From a virus (taxonomy: Duplodnaviria; Caudoviricetes), in IMG/VR virus record IMGVR_UViG_3300044484_000042, positions 1-37,895 of that record: a stretch of DNA of 37,895 nt; one strand, 5' to 3'. The position numbers were made by a program, and so were the translations under genes. Below are positions 8,207-16,643 of this stretch, piece by piece. Below the pieces are notes generated by a model. It was not told the origin of the DNA. It searched no databases and was given only the letters and a program-made list of their open reading frames with translations. Position 1 is the first letter of the stretch, and each line of letters opens with the position of its first letter.

Positions 8207-8622
8207 TTGCGCGTTGGTTTCTCCTGCTTCGCCAGGAGAGCCTCGAGCGCCTGCGCAATGCGAGTGCCATCGGTCGGATCTTGGGCATAGGAAAGTAGCA
8301 GGCGTCCAGCGGCCTCCCGTACCGCAGGCGTTGCAGCTTCGAGTTGCGGGCGCAGCCGTTCCAATGTGGCCGTGATCGTCTGAGCTTGCGCGGGCGCCGA
8401 AAATGGCGCGGTTGCATCACGATCAAGCTCACCCTGCTCCAGCTGCAGCTTCTTCTCGATGTCACGGGCAACCTTCTCGCCGAACGACTTGCGCCCAGCA
8501 AGCATGTCCGAGGTTTGCGACGGGGAGCGGCCAATGCAACGCGCGAGCTCAGCCTCGACGCCGCCAAGCTTCGCAGCCATGTAAGCGCGAAGGTTCTCGC
8601 GTCGGATGGCCTGCAAGTCCAT
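8203..8622 (-). CDS. cI: CI-like Xre HTH repressor (139 aa) without S24 peptidase domain
   Basis: MDLQAIRRENLR...AELARCIGRSPSQTSDMLAGRKSFGEKVARDIEKKLQLEQGELD; divergent from cro; flanking operators. Confidence 0.88.
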   Translation of the reverse strand: MDLQAIRRENLRAYMAAKLGGVEAELARCIGRSPSQTSDMLAGRKSFGEKVARDIEKKLQLEQGELDRDATAPFSAPAQAQTITATLERLRPQLEAATPAVREAAGRLLLSYAQDPTDGTRIAQALEALLAKQEKPTRK

Positions 8623-8633
8623 CCGCGCATTGC

Positions 8634-8699
8634 AGCCTAAATACATCAAATGGTGAATTCCCCGTACGGGGTTGCAAACTTCACTAGACGGTGTAGCAT
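8634..8699. promoter_or_regulatory. Divergent pRM/pR switch with three OR-like operators
   Basis: pR TTGCAA 8672-8677, 16-nt spacer, TAGCAT 8694-8699; possible pRM -10 TAGGCT (8639-8634); operators catcaaatggtg 8644-8655, ccccgtacgggg 8660-8671 and cactagacggtg 8682-8693 resemble the pL operator caccaaacggtg. Confidence 0.75.
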
Positions 8700-8707
8700 T
8701 GGGCTCC

Positions 8708-8944
8708 ATGCAGCTCCTCGATTACCTCAAGTCGATGCCCACGCCGGAGCGCGCTACGTTCGCGCAGCGCTGCGGAACAACCATCGGTCACCTGACGAAC
8801 ATTGCGTATGGCTATCGTCCGTGCGGCGAAAGCCTCGCCATTGCCGTCGAACGCGAGTCCGGCGGAGTTATCCAGGTAGAAGTGCTGTGCCCGGATGTCG
8901 ACTGGCCCGTGATCAGAGGAAAGCCCGCACGAGAGGCGGCCTGA
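8708..8944 (+). CDS. cro: Cro/YdaS-like HTH regulator (78 aa)
   Basis: MQLLDYLK...FAQRCGTTIGHLTNIAYGYRP...LAIAVERESGGVI..EVLCPDVDW. Confidence 0.9.
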   Translation: MQLLDYLKSMPTPERATFAQRCGTTIGHLTNIAYGYRPCGESLAIAVERESGGVIQVEVLCPDVDWPVIRGKPAREAA

Positions 8945-9012
8945 CCATGTGCCGATTGTTCATGCGGATCGGCGGAAAGTAGCGGAAATATCGATTTCCG
9001 CTGGGAGGGCGG

Positions 9013-9387
9013 ATGCAGACCTCGTTCGATTTCACCCCCGGGCTGACAGTCCAGTTTCCGCGCTTGCGCGATGTGCTCTGCGCCGTGGTCTATGGTTCAC
9101 GCGCGGGTCTCAAGGGCGTGGCCGCCGACCTCGATGTCTCGCCCTCGGAACTCTCGCGCATGCTCAATCGTGAGCAGGATGACCCACGTAAGCTTGACGT
9201 CGACGACGTTGTTGGAATCATCTCGGCGACCGGCGACACGCGCCCGGTGCAATGGCTGATCGAGCGCTTCCTGCATAACCCGGAAGAGCGCAAGGTGACC
9301 GCAGCGGCGCAGCTGGCGCAAATCCTGCCAGCCGTGATCGAGCTTGCGCACCAGGCTGGTGTCGTAATGCCAAAGAGCCGGCGATGA
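9013..9387 (+). CDS. CII-like phage regulatory protein
   Basis: Directly after cro; GGGAGG RBS; HTH-like LKGVAADLDVSPSELSRMLN. Confidence 0.75.
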   Translation: MQTSFDFTPGLTVQFPRLRDVLCAVVYGSRAGLKGVAADLDVSPSELSRMLNREQDDPRKLDVDDVVGIISATGDTRPVQWLIERFLHNPEERKVTAAAQLAQILPAVIELAHQAGVVMPKSRR

Positions 9388-9813
9388 GCACCATCAACGA
9401 CGTCGTCCTGGGCGCACTCTCCGACGCGCCGATCGGCCGGCAGCAGATTGCCGAAGCAACCGGGCTGGAGCTCGCGCTGATCTCGACCACGCTGACTGCC
9501 CTGAAGAACCAGGGCCTCGCCGAGCGCGCCGACGGCGGCTGGGTCGCGGGGGGGGGGGGGGCAAACATCAAAGCGGCGCGTGCACGAGGCCGCCGAACCG
9601 GAGACGAAACCGCCTCCCCGCGAAACGAAGACCGCAGTTCGCGAAACGAAACCGCGCAAGACAAACGGCAATGGCCACGCGCCATTGACCTCGCCAGCCG
9701 GTGCCGTGCCATTCGCCGTATTCGGCGAGTACGTCGTCGTGCAGCGTTCCGACCTGGACGAGCTCCTGGCGGTGCTCACGCGCTGGCGGGCAGTCGTTGA
9801 ACGATCGGCATGA
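9384..9813 (+). pseudogene. Winged-HTH protein frameshifted at a G14 tract (9548-9561); phase-variable or sequencing error
   Basis: N-terminal wHTH (IGRQQIAEATGLELALISTTLTALKNQGLAE). The protein-like C-terminus (FAVFGEYVVVQRSDLDELLAVL) is in the +1 frame and ends in an ATGA overlap at 9810-9813. Confidence 0.75.
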
Positions 9814-9971
9814 CAAGCTCGCCGATCGCCCGTCGCACGCTGGCACGCTGGAAACAGCGGCGCCAGCCGCACCAAGAGTTACGCGCGGCCGCCGGCATCA
9901 TCTTGGGCGCCGTGCTGGGCAGCCTCATCTGGCTCCTGGTCGCGTTGGGGTTGTGGGCGTGGGCCGCCTGA
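9810..9971 (+). CDS. Small membrane protein (53 aa)
   Basis: Below the ORF-track cutoff: MTSSPIARR...AAAGIILGAVLGSLIWLLVALGLWAWAA; ATGA and TGATG coupling. Confidence 0.7.
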   Translation: MTSSPIARRTLARWKQRRQPHQELRAAAGIILGAVLGSLIWLLVALGLWAWAA

Positions 9972-10294
9972 TGTCGCGCCTCGAAGAACAATTCGCCGCC
10001 CAGCTCGCCAATGCCGGCCTGCCGGCGCCCGTGCGCGAGCACGTATTCGCGAAGCCGCGGCGCTGGCGCATCGACTTCGCCTGGCCCGAGCGTCGGCTTG
10101 CGATTGAAATCGACGGCGCCACCTGGTCCGGCGGCCGCCATAACCGCGGCTCCGGCCTCGAGCGCGACTACGAGAAGCTCAACGCCCTCGCACTCCTCGG
10201 CTGGACCGTGCTGCGCTTCTCGTCGTCGCTGGTGCGCTCCGGCGAAGCGCTGCGCTTCACGCAGCTCGCCTTCGGGCGAAGGATCGCCGCGTGA
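9971..10294 (+). CDS. DUF559/Vsr-like PD-(D/E)XK endonuclease (possible resolvase)
   Basis: RRWRIDFAWP..RLAIEIDG.TW..GRH.RG...DYEKLN...LGWTVLRF. Confidence 0.88.
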   Translation: MSRLEEQFAAQLANAGLPAPVREHVFAKPRRWRIDFAWPERRLAIEIDGATWSGGRHNRGSGLERDYEKLNALALLGWTVLRFSSSLVRSGEALRFTQLAFGRRIAA

Positions 10295-12579
10295 CCGAGA
10301 TCTCACACGACGCACCCGCGCCGATCTGCCCGCCAGCTTCCGTCGTTTCGCTGCGGAGCCCAGACGTGGAGCCGAATTCGCCGCTCGACTTTGCGCTGCG
10401 CTACGCTGCTATCGGCTGGAAGATCGTCCCCATCTGGTGGATCGAGGACGGCAAGTGCGCCTGCAGCGAAGCCTGCAAGTCCCCGGGCAAGCACCCGCTC
10501 GGCAAGGTGGCGCCGTTCGGCCAGAACAGCTCTTCCTCGGATCCAGCCGTGCTGCGCGCCTGGTGGGCCCGCTATCCGCAGGCGAACATCGCCGTCTACC
10601 TGCAGCCCTCCGGCCTCGCTGCGATCGACATCGATCCCAGGAACGGCGGGCTCGACACGATCGACAGCGTCGAGGCGCAGCACGGGCCCCTCACCTCCGA
10701 CGTGCTGCAATACACCGGCGGGGGAGGGGAGCACCGCATCTTCGCCGCTCCAGCCGGGACCAACATCCCCGGCAAGCTCGGCCCGGGCGTGGACGTCAAG
10801 CTCAACGGCTACATCGTGCTCGAGCCGTCGAGTCACCTCTCCGGCAAGCACTACACCTTCGAGGCCTCCAGCTCGCCACTCGACGGCATCGTGCCCTCCC
10901 CGCTGCCCGACTGGCTGCGCGACCTGTCGATCCAGCGCACCGAAATCCCGGCCAGCACTGTGCCGCCTCCCGCCCGCGACGAGCGCCTCATCGCCGACCT
11001 CGAGGCTGCGCTGCCCAATATCCCGGCCGATGAGCGCGAGACCTGGCTCCACGTCGGTTTCGCACTCCACAATGATGTCGGCGGCCAGCAAGGCTACGAC
11101 TTGTGGACCCACTGGTCGCAGACGTCGACCAGGTTCGACCCGGTTGACCAGTTGCGCACTTGGCGCCACTTCAAGCGCCGCGGCATCGCCGGCGTCACCA
11201 GCGCCACCGTCTTCCACTACGCCCAGCAGCATGGCTGGGTCAACGCCAGCCTGCCGCCAGCAACGCCAGTCGCCGAGATACCGCTTGCGCCGGCACCGGC
11301 TCCTGCGCCGGAGCCATCGTTCCAGCTCCCTGGCATCCTCGGCCAGGTGCAAGCGTGGATCGACGCCACCGCACGCAAGCCGCAGCCGATGTTCGCCACC
11401 CAGGCTGCGCTCGCGTTCGGCGCCACCGTTCTCGGACGGCGCTACGTCACCACCCAGCGCAACTGGCCCTCCGTCTACCTGCTCAACATCGGCAAGAGCG
11501 GCTCCGGCAAGGAACATGCGAAGTGGGCCCTCGAGCACCTGCTCGAGGCCTGCAACCTGCAGCGGCTCATCGGCCCCGCTGGCTACACCAGCGACGCCGG
11601 CCTCCTGTCCAGCCTGCACCGGCAGCCGTCCCACCTCGCCATCGTCGACGAGTTCGGCAAGATCCTCGAGTCCGCCAGCGTCAAGCACAACCCGCGTGCG
11701 GCCTCCACCATGCGCGGCCTCATGGAGGCTTGGGGCCGCTGTGACGGCACGCTGCGCCCGCAGGGCTACTCGACCTTCGGCCTCTCCCAGCACGACGTCG
11801 AGAAGCTCACCGAGCGCTCCGTCGTCAACCCGGCGCTCACGCTGCTCGGCATGACTACGCCGGACTCGTTCTACGAGTCGATCGGCTCGGCAGCCGCCCG
11901 CGACGGCTTTCTCAACCGCTTCCTGATCGTCGAATCCGATCTCGGCCGCCAGCCCGGTCGCGAGCTCGAGCCCATTCCCGTTCCCCAGGCCGTCATCGAC
12001 TGGGCCGCCGCGGCGCACGCGCCAGGCGGTCTCGTCAATGCCGACTTGAACGCGAGCCTCGCGCCTACCCCGCGGACGCTGCCCTTCACCAAGGCCGCGA
12101 CCGCCGCCTTCCGCGCTTACGAGCGCGAGTGCCTCGGCCTCATGGACCGGCACGACCAGGCAGGACTCGGCGAGACTGCTGGCCGTACCGCCGAAGTCTC
12201 CATGCGCCTCGCGCTGACCATTGCCGTCGGCTGCGGCGAGGCCGCCATCGACCAGGCCAGCGCCACCTGGGCCATCGACTACACCAGGTATCACCTGCTG
12301 CGTGCGCTTGAGCGCCTGGCCAACTCGGTGGCGGATTCGGAGTTCGAGGCGCTGAAGCTACAGGTCATGGATCGAATAAAACGTGCCGGGCCCATGGGTT
12401 GCACGGAACGCGACTTGAGCAAGAGCGCGCGCAAGTTCCGCGCATCAGACTATCGCACTCAGGTTTCGGTGCTGAACTCCCTTGCTTTCCTCGAAGAGAT
12501 CCAGCGCGTCGAAATCAAGTCCCCCACGTCGCGTGGCGGCGTCCGCAAGGCATGGATCGTCCAACAGTCCATCGAGTAG
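10291..12579 (+). CDS. Bifunctional DNA primase-polymerase (Prim-Pol + PriCT-2 + C-terminal P-loop DUF3987-like domain)
   Basis: ALRYAAIGWKIVPI, CAC..C.SPGKHP, IDIDPRNGG, TGGGGEH; PriCT-2 WLHVGFALH..WTHWSQ; GKSGSGKE and IVDEFG. Confidence 0.92.
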   Translation: MTEISHDAPAPICPPASVVSLRSPDVEPNSPLDFALRYAAIGWKIVPIWWIEDGKCACSEACKSPGKHPLGKVAPFGQNSSSSDPAVLRAWWARYPQANIAVYLQPSGLAAIDIDPRNGGLDTIDSVEAQHGPLTSDVLQYTGGGGEHRIFAAPAGTNIPGKLGPGVDVKLNGYIVLEPSSHLSGKHYTFEASSSPLDGIVPSPLPDWLRDLSIQRTEIPASTVPPPARDERLIADLEAALPNIPADERETWLHVGFALHNDVGGQQGYDLWTHWSQTSTRFDPVDQLRTWRHFKRRGIAGVTSATVFHYAQQHGWVNASLPPATPVAEIPLAPAPAPAPEPSFQLPGILGQVQAWIDATARKPQPMFATQAALAFGATVLGRRYVTTQRNWPSVYLLNIGKSGSGKEHAKWALEHLLEACNLQRLIGPAGYTSDAGLLSSLHRQPSHLAIVDEFGKILESASVKHNPRAASTMRGLMEAWGRCDGTLRPQGYSTFGLSQHDVEKLTERSVVNPALTLLGMTTPDSFYESIGSAAARDGFLNRFLIVESDLGRQPGRELEPIPVPQAVIDWAAAAHAPGGLVNADLNASLAPTPRTLPFTKAATAAFRAYERECLGLMDRHDQAGLGETAGRTAEVSMRLALTIAVGCGEAAIDQASATWAIDYTRYHLLRALERLANSVADSEFEALKLQVMDRIKRAGPMGCTERDLSKSARKFRASDYRTQVSVLNSLAFLEEIQRVEIKSPTSRGGVRKAWIVQQSIE

Positions 12580-12820
12580 CGCCGACAAACGCCGACAAAC
12601 GCCGACAGTAAACGGGGACAGCTAAACAAAACAGAATCAAACACTTGAGCACAAACGCCGACAACGCGACGCAGTCAGACACTCTCCCCTGTTAAGCCTC
12701 CTGGATAACAGGATGGAAAGGGGAGACATAGACACGTGTCGGCACCTATATATATATATATATATGTATTTGTTTTTTAATGAATTATCTGTAACTGGAA
12801 AGTGTCGGCGCCTGTCGGCG
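12580..12820. repeat. Putative replication origin: converging GCCGACA iterons around an AT-rich core with a (TA)9 tract
   Basis: GCCGACA at 12581, 12591, 12601, 12657; inverted TGTCGGC at 12737, 12803, 12813; TA run 12747-12765; directly after the primase. Confidence 0.65.
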
Positions 12821-12831
12821 CCAGTCGCCCA

Positions 12832-13368
12832 ATGACCAAACGCCAGCTCAACCCACTCCGCCAGCGCTTCGTCGACGAATACATCGTCGATTTGAACGCG
12901 ACCCAGGCCTATATTCGTGCCGGCTACAAGTGCACAAAAGAGACCGCTAGGCGTAACGCATCTTTGCTACTGACAAACAATGACGTCAAAGACGCCATCT
13001 TCGCCAGGCAATCGCGCATGCAGGCGAAGGCCGAAGTCAGGCAGGAGGACATCATCCGCGAGCTCCGCCGCATCGCCTTCGGAGATCGCCGCTCGCTGAT
13101 GTCCTGGGGCCCGGACGGTGTGCGCCTGCGCGACTCCGACGAGCTCTCCGACGACGAGGCCGCCGCCGTGGCCGAGATCTCGGAAACAACTTCGAAGGAC
13201 GGCGGCTCGATCAAGATCAAGACCCACGATAAGGTGCGCGCGCTCGAGCTCCTGGGCAAGCACCTGGGCACCTTCATCGAGCGCCACGAGCTTACCGGCA
13301 AGGACGGTGCGCCGCTGCCGGCCGCCACCGTCACGGTCTACATCCCCAGCAATGGCCGCGGCGGCTGA
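12832..13368 (+). CDS. terS: Terminase small subunit
   Basis: RFVDEYIVDLNATQAYIRAGY, IIRELRRIAF, HDKVRALELLGKHLG, ELTGKDGAPL. Confidence 0.95.
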   Translation: MTKRQLNPLRQRFVDEYIVDLNATQAYIRAGYKCTKETARRNASLLLTNNDVKDAIFARQSRMQAKAEVRQEDIIRELRRIAFGDRRSLMSWGPDGVRLRDSDELSDDEAAAVAEISETTSKDGGSIKIKTHDKVRALELLGKHLGTFIERHELTGKDGAPLPAATVTVYIPSNGRGG

Positions 13369-14758
13369 CGTCATCGAAATCCGCCCGCAGCCCGGGCCGC
13401 AGGAACGCTTCCTCGCTACCGTTGCCGACATCGCCATCTACGGTGGGGCGGCCGGCGGCGGCAAGACCTGGGCGCTGCTCCTCGAGCCGCTGCGCCACAT
13501 CGACAACAAGGAGTTCGGCGCCGTCGTCTTCCGCCGCGAGTCGGTGCAGATCACCAACGAGGGCGGGCTCTGGGACGAGGCGATGAAGCTCTACCCGCTG
13601 CTCGGAGGCCGTGCGCGCCTGCAGCCGCGGCCGACGCACACCTTCCCTCGCGGTGGCCGCATCTCGTTCGCGCACCTGAACCTGGAGACCGACGTCGAGG
13701 ATTGGCAAGGCGCGCAGATCCCGCTGATCGAGTTCGACGAGCTCACGCACTTCACCAAGCACCAGTTTTTCTACATGCTGAGCCGCAACCGCTCGACCTG
13801 CGGGGTGCGGCCGTACGTTCGCGCGACATGCAATCCGGATGTCGATTCGTGGGTCGCCGAGTTCATCGCCTGGTGGATCGACCAGGATTCCGGCCTGCCG
13901 TTACCAGAGCGCTCCGGTGTCGTGCGCTGGTTCGTGCGCATCGACGACACGATCTACTGGGGCGACTCGCCGGACGAGCTGGCAGCCGTGCATGGTGTGC
14001 CGGCCGCCGACGCGAAGAGCGTCACCTTCATCGCCGCCAACCTCGCCGACAACCGGATCCTGCTCGCCAAGGATCCCGGCTACCTGGCCAACCTCAAGGC
14101 GCTCTCGCGCGTCGAGCGCGAGCGGCTGCTCGGCGGCAACTGGAAGATCCGGCCCGCTGCCGGGCTCTACTTCCTGCGCCAGGACGTAACCATGCTCGAT
14201 TCGCGCCCCGAGGATGCGCCATACCTGGTGCGCGCCTGGGATCTCGCGGCCACGGCGCCGTCCGAAGACAACCCGGACCCAGACTGGACGGTCGGCATAC
14301 TGATGGGCCGCCGACCGTCTGGCCGCATCCTCGTTGCCGACGTCTTGCGCGTGCGGCGGCGCGCCAGCGAGGTGCGCGAGCTCGTCAAGCGCACCGCCAA
14401 CCAGGACGGCATGCGCGTCGCCATCCGCCTGCCGCAGGACCCTGGCCAGGCGGGGAAGGACCAGGTGGCTAGCTACGTCGGCGAGCTCTTCGGCTGGCCG
14501 GTGTTCACGCGCCTCGTCACCGGCGACAAGGTCCTGCGCGCCGAGCCGTTCGCAGCGCAGTGGCAGGCTGGCAACGTCGAGGTGGTGCGCGCGCCGTGGA
14601 ACGAGGCCTTTTTCGGCGAGCTCGAGGGTTTTCCCGAGGCGAAGCATGACGATCAGGTCGACGCCTGCTCGGAGGGCTTCGCGGCACTGCCGCTGTCCGG
14701 CGCGCGGCCCGACTACTCGCGCGGCGGGTTGCGGCGCCACGCGGAGGGCGCGCTGTGA
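13352..14758 (+). CDS. terL: Terminase large subunit
   Basis: PQPGPQ, YGGAAGGGKT Walker A, FDELTHF Walker B, ATCNP, RAWDLA nuclease motif, HDDQVDA. Confidence 0.96.
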   Translation: MAAAADVIEIRPQPGPQERFLATVADIAIYGGAAGGGKTWALLLEPLRHIDNKEFGAVVFRRESVQITNEGGLWDEAMKLYPLLGGRARLQPRPTHTFPRGGRISFAHLNLETDVEDWQGAQIPLIEFDELTHFTKHQFFYMLSRNRSTCGVRPYVRATCNPDVDSWVAEFIAWWIDQDSGLPLPERSGVVRWFVRIDDTIYWGDSPDELAAVHGVPAADAKSVTFIAANLADNRILLAKDPGYLANLKALSRVERERLLGGNWKIRPAAGLYFLRQDVTMLDSRPEDAPYLVRAWDLAATAPSEDNPDPDWTVGILMGRRPSGRILVADVLRVRRRASEVRELVKRTANQDGMRVAIRLPQDPGQAGKDQVASYVGELFGWPVFTRLVTGDKVLRAEPFAAQWQAGNVEVVRAPWNEAFFGELEGFPEAKHDDQVDACSEGFAALPLSGARPDYSRGGLRRHAEGAL

Positions 14759-15141
14759 GCTTCCTCGACGAGCTGCGGTCGATTCTGGGTGAGGACAACG
14801 CGCAACGCTTCCTCGCGGTTTTCGCAAGGACAGATGTCAATGTCCCGAAGCTGCAGCGCGGGCCATTCTTCGCCGAACTCCAGCGCGTGGTCGGTGAGGA
14901 GCCGGCGGAGCGTTTCCGCAAGCACTTCGCCGGGCAGACGCTGTACGTGCCGCGCAACGTGTTCGAGGAGCGGGAACGAAGGAACGCGGAAATCGTGGCC
15001 AGATACGCCGCCGGCGAGTCCCTGCACGCGATTGCGCGGTCCTACCGCAGCATCACGAGCCTGAGCGTGCGCCAGGTCCGCCGCATCGCAACTGGGACCA
15101 CCAAGACCGACGTTACGGTGAGAAAGCTCAGCAGCGCATGA
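14755..15141 (+). CDS. Mor/C-family transcription activator (probable late activator)
   Basis: FAGQTLYVPR...RNAEIVARY..GESLHAIARSY...LSVRQVRRI; coupled to terL (GTGA) and to the portal (ATGA). Confidence 0.85.
   Translation: MSFLDELRSILGEDNAQRFLAVFARTDVNVPKLQRGPFFAELQRVVGEEPAERFRKHFAGQTLYVPRNVFEERERRNAEIVARYAAGESLHAIARSYRSITSLSVRQVRRIATGTTKTDVTVRKLSSA
14824..14869 (+). promoter_or_regulatory. Putative activator-dependent late promoter inside the mor-like gene
   Basis: gcaaggacagatgtcaatgt is identical to 26812-26831, with dyad GACA-GA-TGTC; -10-like CATTCT at 14864-14869. Confidence 0.55.
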
Positions 15142-16637
15142 CCGTACTCGATCGCCTCCGCTCGCTGGTTCTGCGCCCGGCGCCGCCGGTCCCTGCGCCG
15201 CAGCCGCTGTATCGCCAGGTGGCGGTGCACCGACTGTTCGACTGGCTCGCCGGCATTCCAGACCCAGACGAAGTGCTGCGGCGTACCGGCCGCACTCGCG
15301 CCAACCTGCGCGAGCTCATGCGGGACGCTGAGGTATCGCAGGCGCTCGATACCCGGCGCGAGGCGGTCCTGGCGACGCCGTGGCGCCTGGAGCAGGCCGA
15401 ATCGACACAAGGCAAGTTTGTGCAGGCCGAGCTCGCTCCGTTGATCCATGAGATCGTGGCGACGGCGTGGGACGCGGTGCCCTACGGCTACTCGGTGCTC
15501 GAGGTTGTGTACGCAAGGCGCGGAGGGCAGGTCGGCATTGCGGACGTGCACGCGCCGCCATTCGAATGGTTCCGGCCGCTGCCGGACGGGTCGCTGCGCT
15601 ACTTCCCAGAGACTGGGGAGGGTGGGGCGACGGGGATCGAGTGCGACTTGCGCAAGTTCGTCCTGACGTCGCGCAGCGGTAACTACCGCAACCCCTACGG
15701 CGAGGCGCTGCTGTCGGTTTTGTATTGGCCGGTCACCTGGCGCCTGCAGGGATGGCAGGCCTGGCTCGCGTTCCTCGAGACCTTCGGTGCGCCGATCGTG
15801 GTCGGCAAGACCGCGAATTACCAGGCCTTCGTCGATGCCATGCAAGCGCAGGGCGTCACGCGCACGGTGGGCTGGCAGCCCACGGGGCAGAACGAGGAGA
15901 TCACCACCATCACCGCCAGCGCGCCGGGTGAGTTCGAGCGCCTGGAGTCAGCACTCGATCGCTGCATCCAACGCGTGGTGCTCGGACAGACGTTGACGAG
16001 CGACGTCGGCAAGACCGGAAGCTATGCGGCTGCCAAGGTGCACGACGAGGTGCGCGACGACAAGCGGCGCGCGGATGTGCGTCTGATAGCCGGCTCGGTG
16101 CAGCGATTGGTGAATGCATTGTGGAACCTCAACGCATTCACTGGCTCGCCACCGACCTTCGTGCTGCAGGACGACGTTGGCCTTGAGCGCGAACGCGCCG
16201 ATCGCGATGCGATCCTGGCCGAGAAGCTCGGCGTGCGATTCACCGAGTCGTATCTGACCGAACGCTACGACCTCGAGGTCGAGGACTTCACGATTACCGA
16301 GCCGGCGCCGCCAGTTGCGCCAGGTACGCAGTCGCCATTGCCGAACGGGCGCAAGCCGCAATTCGCCGCGCTGCTGTCTGCCGGCCCGCGCTTCACGCCC
16401 GAACAACAGGTCATCGAGCGCGGCATATCCGAGGTACTCGGCGAGTTCGGCGACGCGATCGCTGATGCTGAGATCAAGGCTGTTATCCGCCTTGCCACCT
16501 CGGCCGAGGACCTGCACGACCGGCTGTCTCGCTTGCTGGAAAACGCGCCTGCCGAGGACTTCCGCCGCGCCCTGGAGCGCGCGCTCTTCGCCGCCGACAT
16601 TCTCGGCTACGCCCACGCTGTACCTGCCCAGGAGTAA
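15138..16637 (+). CDS. Portal protein, Mu gp29/DUF935 family
   Basis: DAVPYGYSVLEVVY, NPYGEALLS, FLETFGAP, VLGQTLTS...GSYAAAKVHDEVR. Confidence 0.93.
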   Translation: MTVLDRLRSLVLRPAPPVPAPQPLYRQVAVHRLFDWLAGIPDPDEVLRRTGRTRANLRELMRDAEVSQALDTRREAVLATPWRLEQAESTQGKFVQAELAPLIHEIVATAWDAVPYGYSVLEVVYARRGGQVGIADVHAPPFEWFRPLPDGSLRYFPETGEGGATGIECDLRKFVLTSRSGNYRNPYGEALLSVLYWPVTWRLQGWQAWLAFLETFGAPIVVGKTANYQAFVDAMQAQGVTRTVGWQPTGQNEEITTITASAPGEFERLESALDRCIQRVVLGQTLTSDVGKTGSYAAAKVHDEVRDDKRRADVRLIAGSVQRLVNALWNLNAFTGSPPTFVLQDDVGLERERADRDAILAEKLGVRFTESYLTERYDLEVEDFTITEPAPPVAPGTQSPLPNGRKPQFAALLSAGPRFTPEQQVIERGISEVLGEFGDAIADAEIKAVIRLATSAEDLHDRLSRLLENAPAEDFRRALERALFAADILGYAHAVPAQE

Positions 16638-16643
16638 CCGACC

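Noticed and set aside
4510-8944. Recurrent EAA*/EVA* C-termini (GAGGCGGCATGA-like motif)
   Set aside because: By-product of Shine-Dalgarno sequences embedded in upstream gene ends, not a separate element
12731-12740. GACACGTGTC as a third Mor-type promoter
   Set aside because: Shares only the dyad; flanks differ, there is no matching -10 at the 35-nt spacing, and it overlaps an iteron
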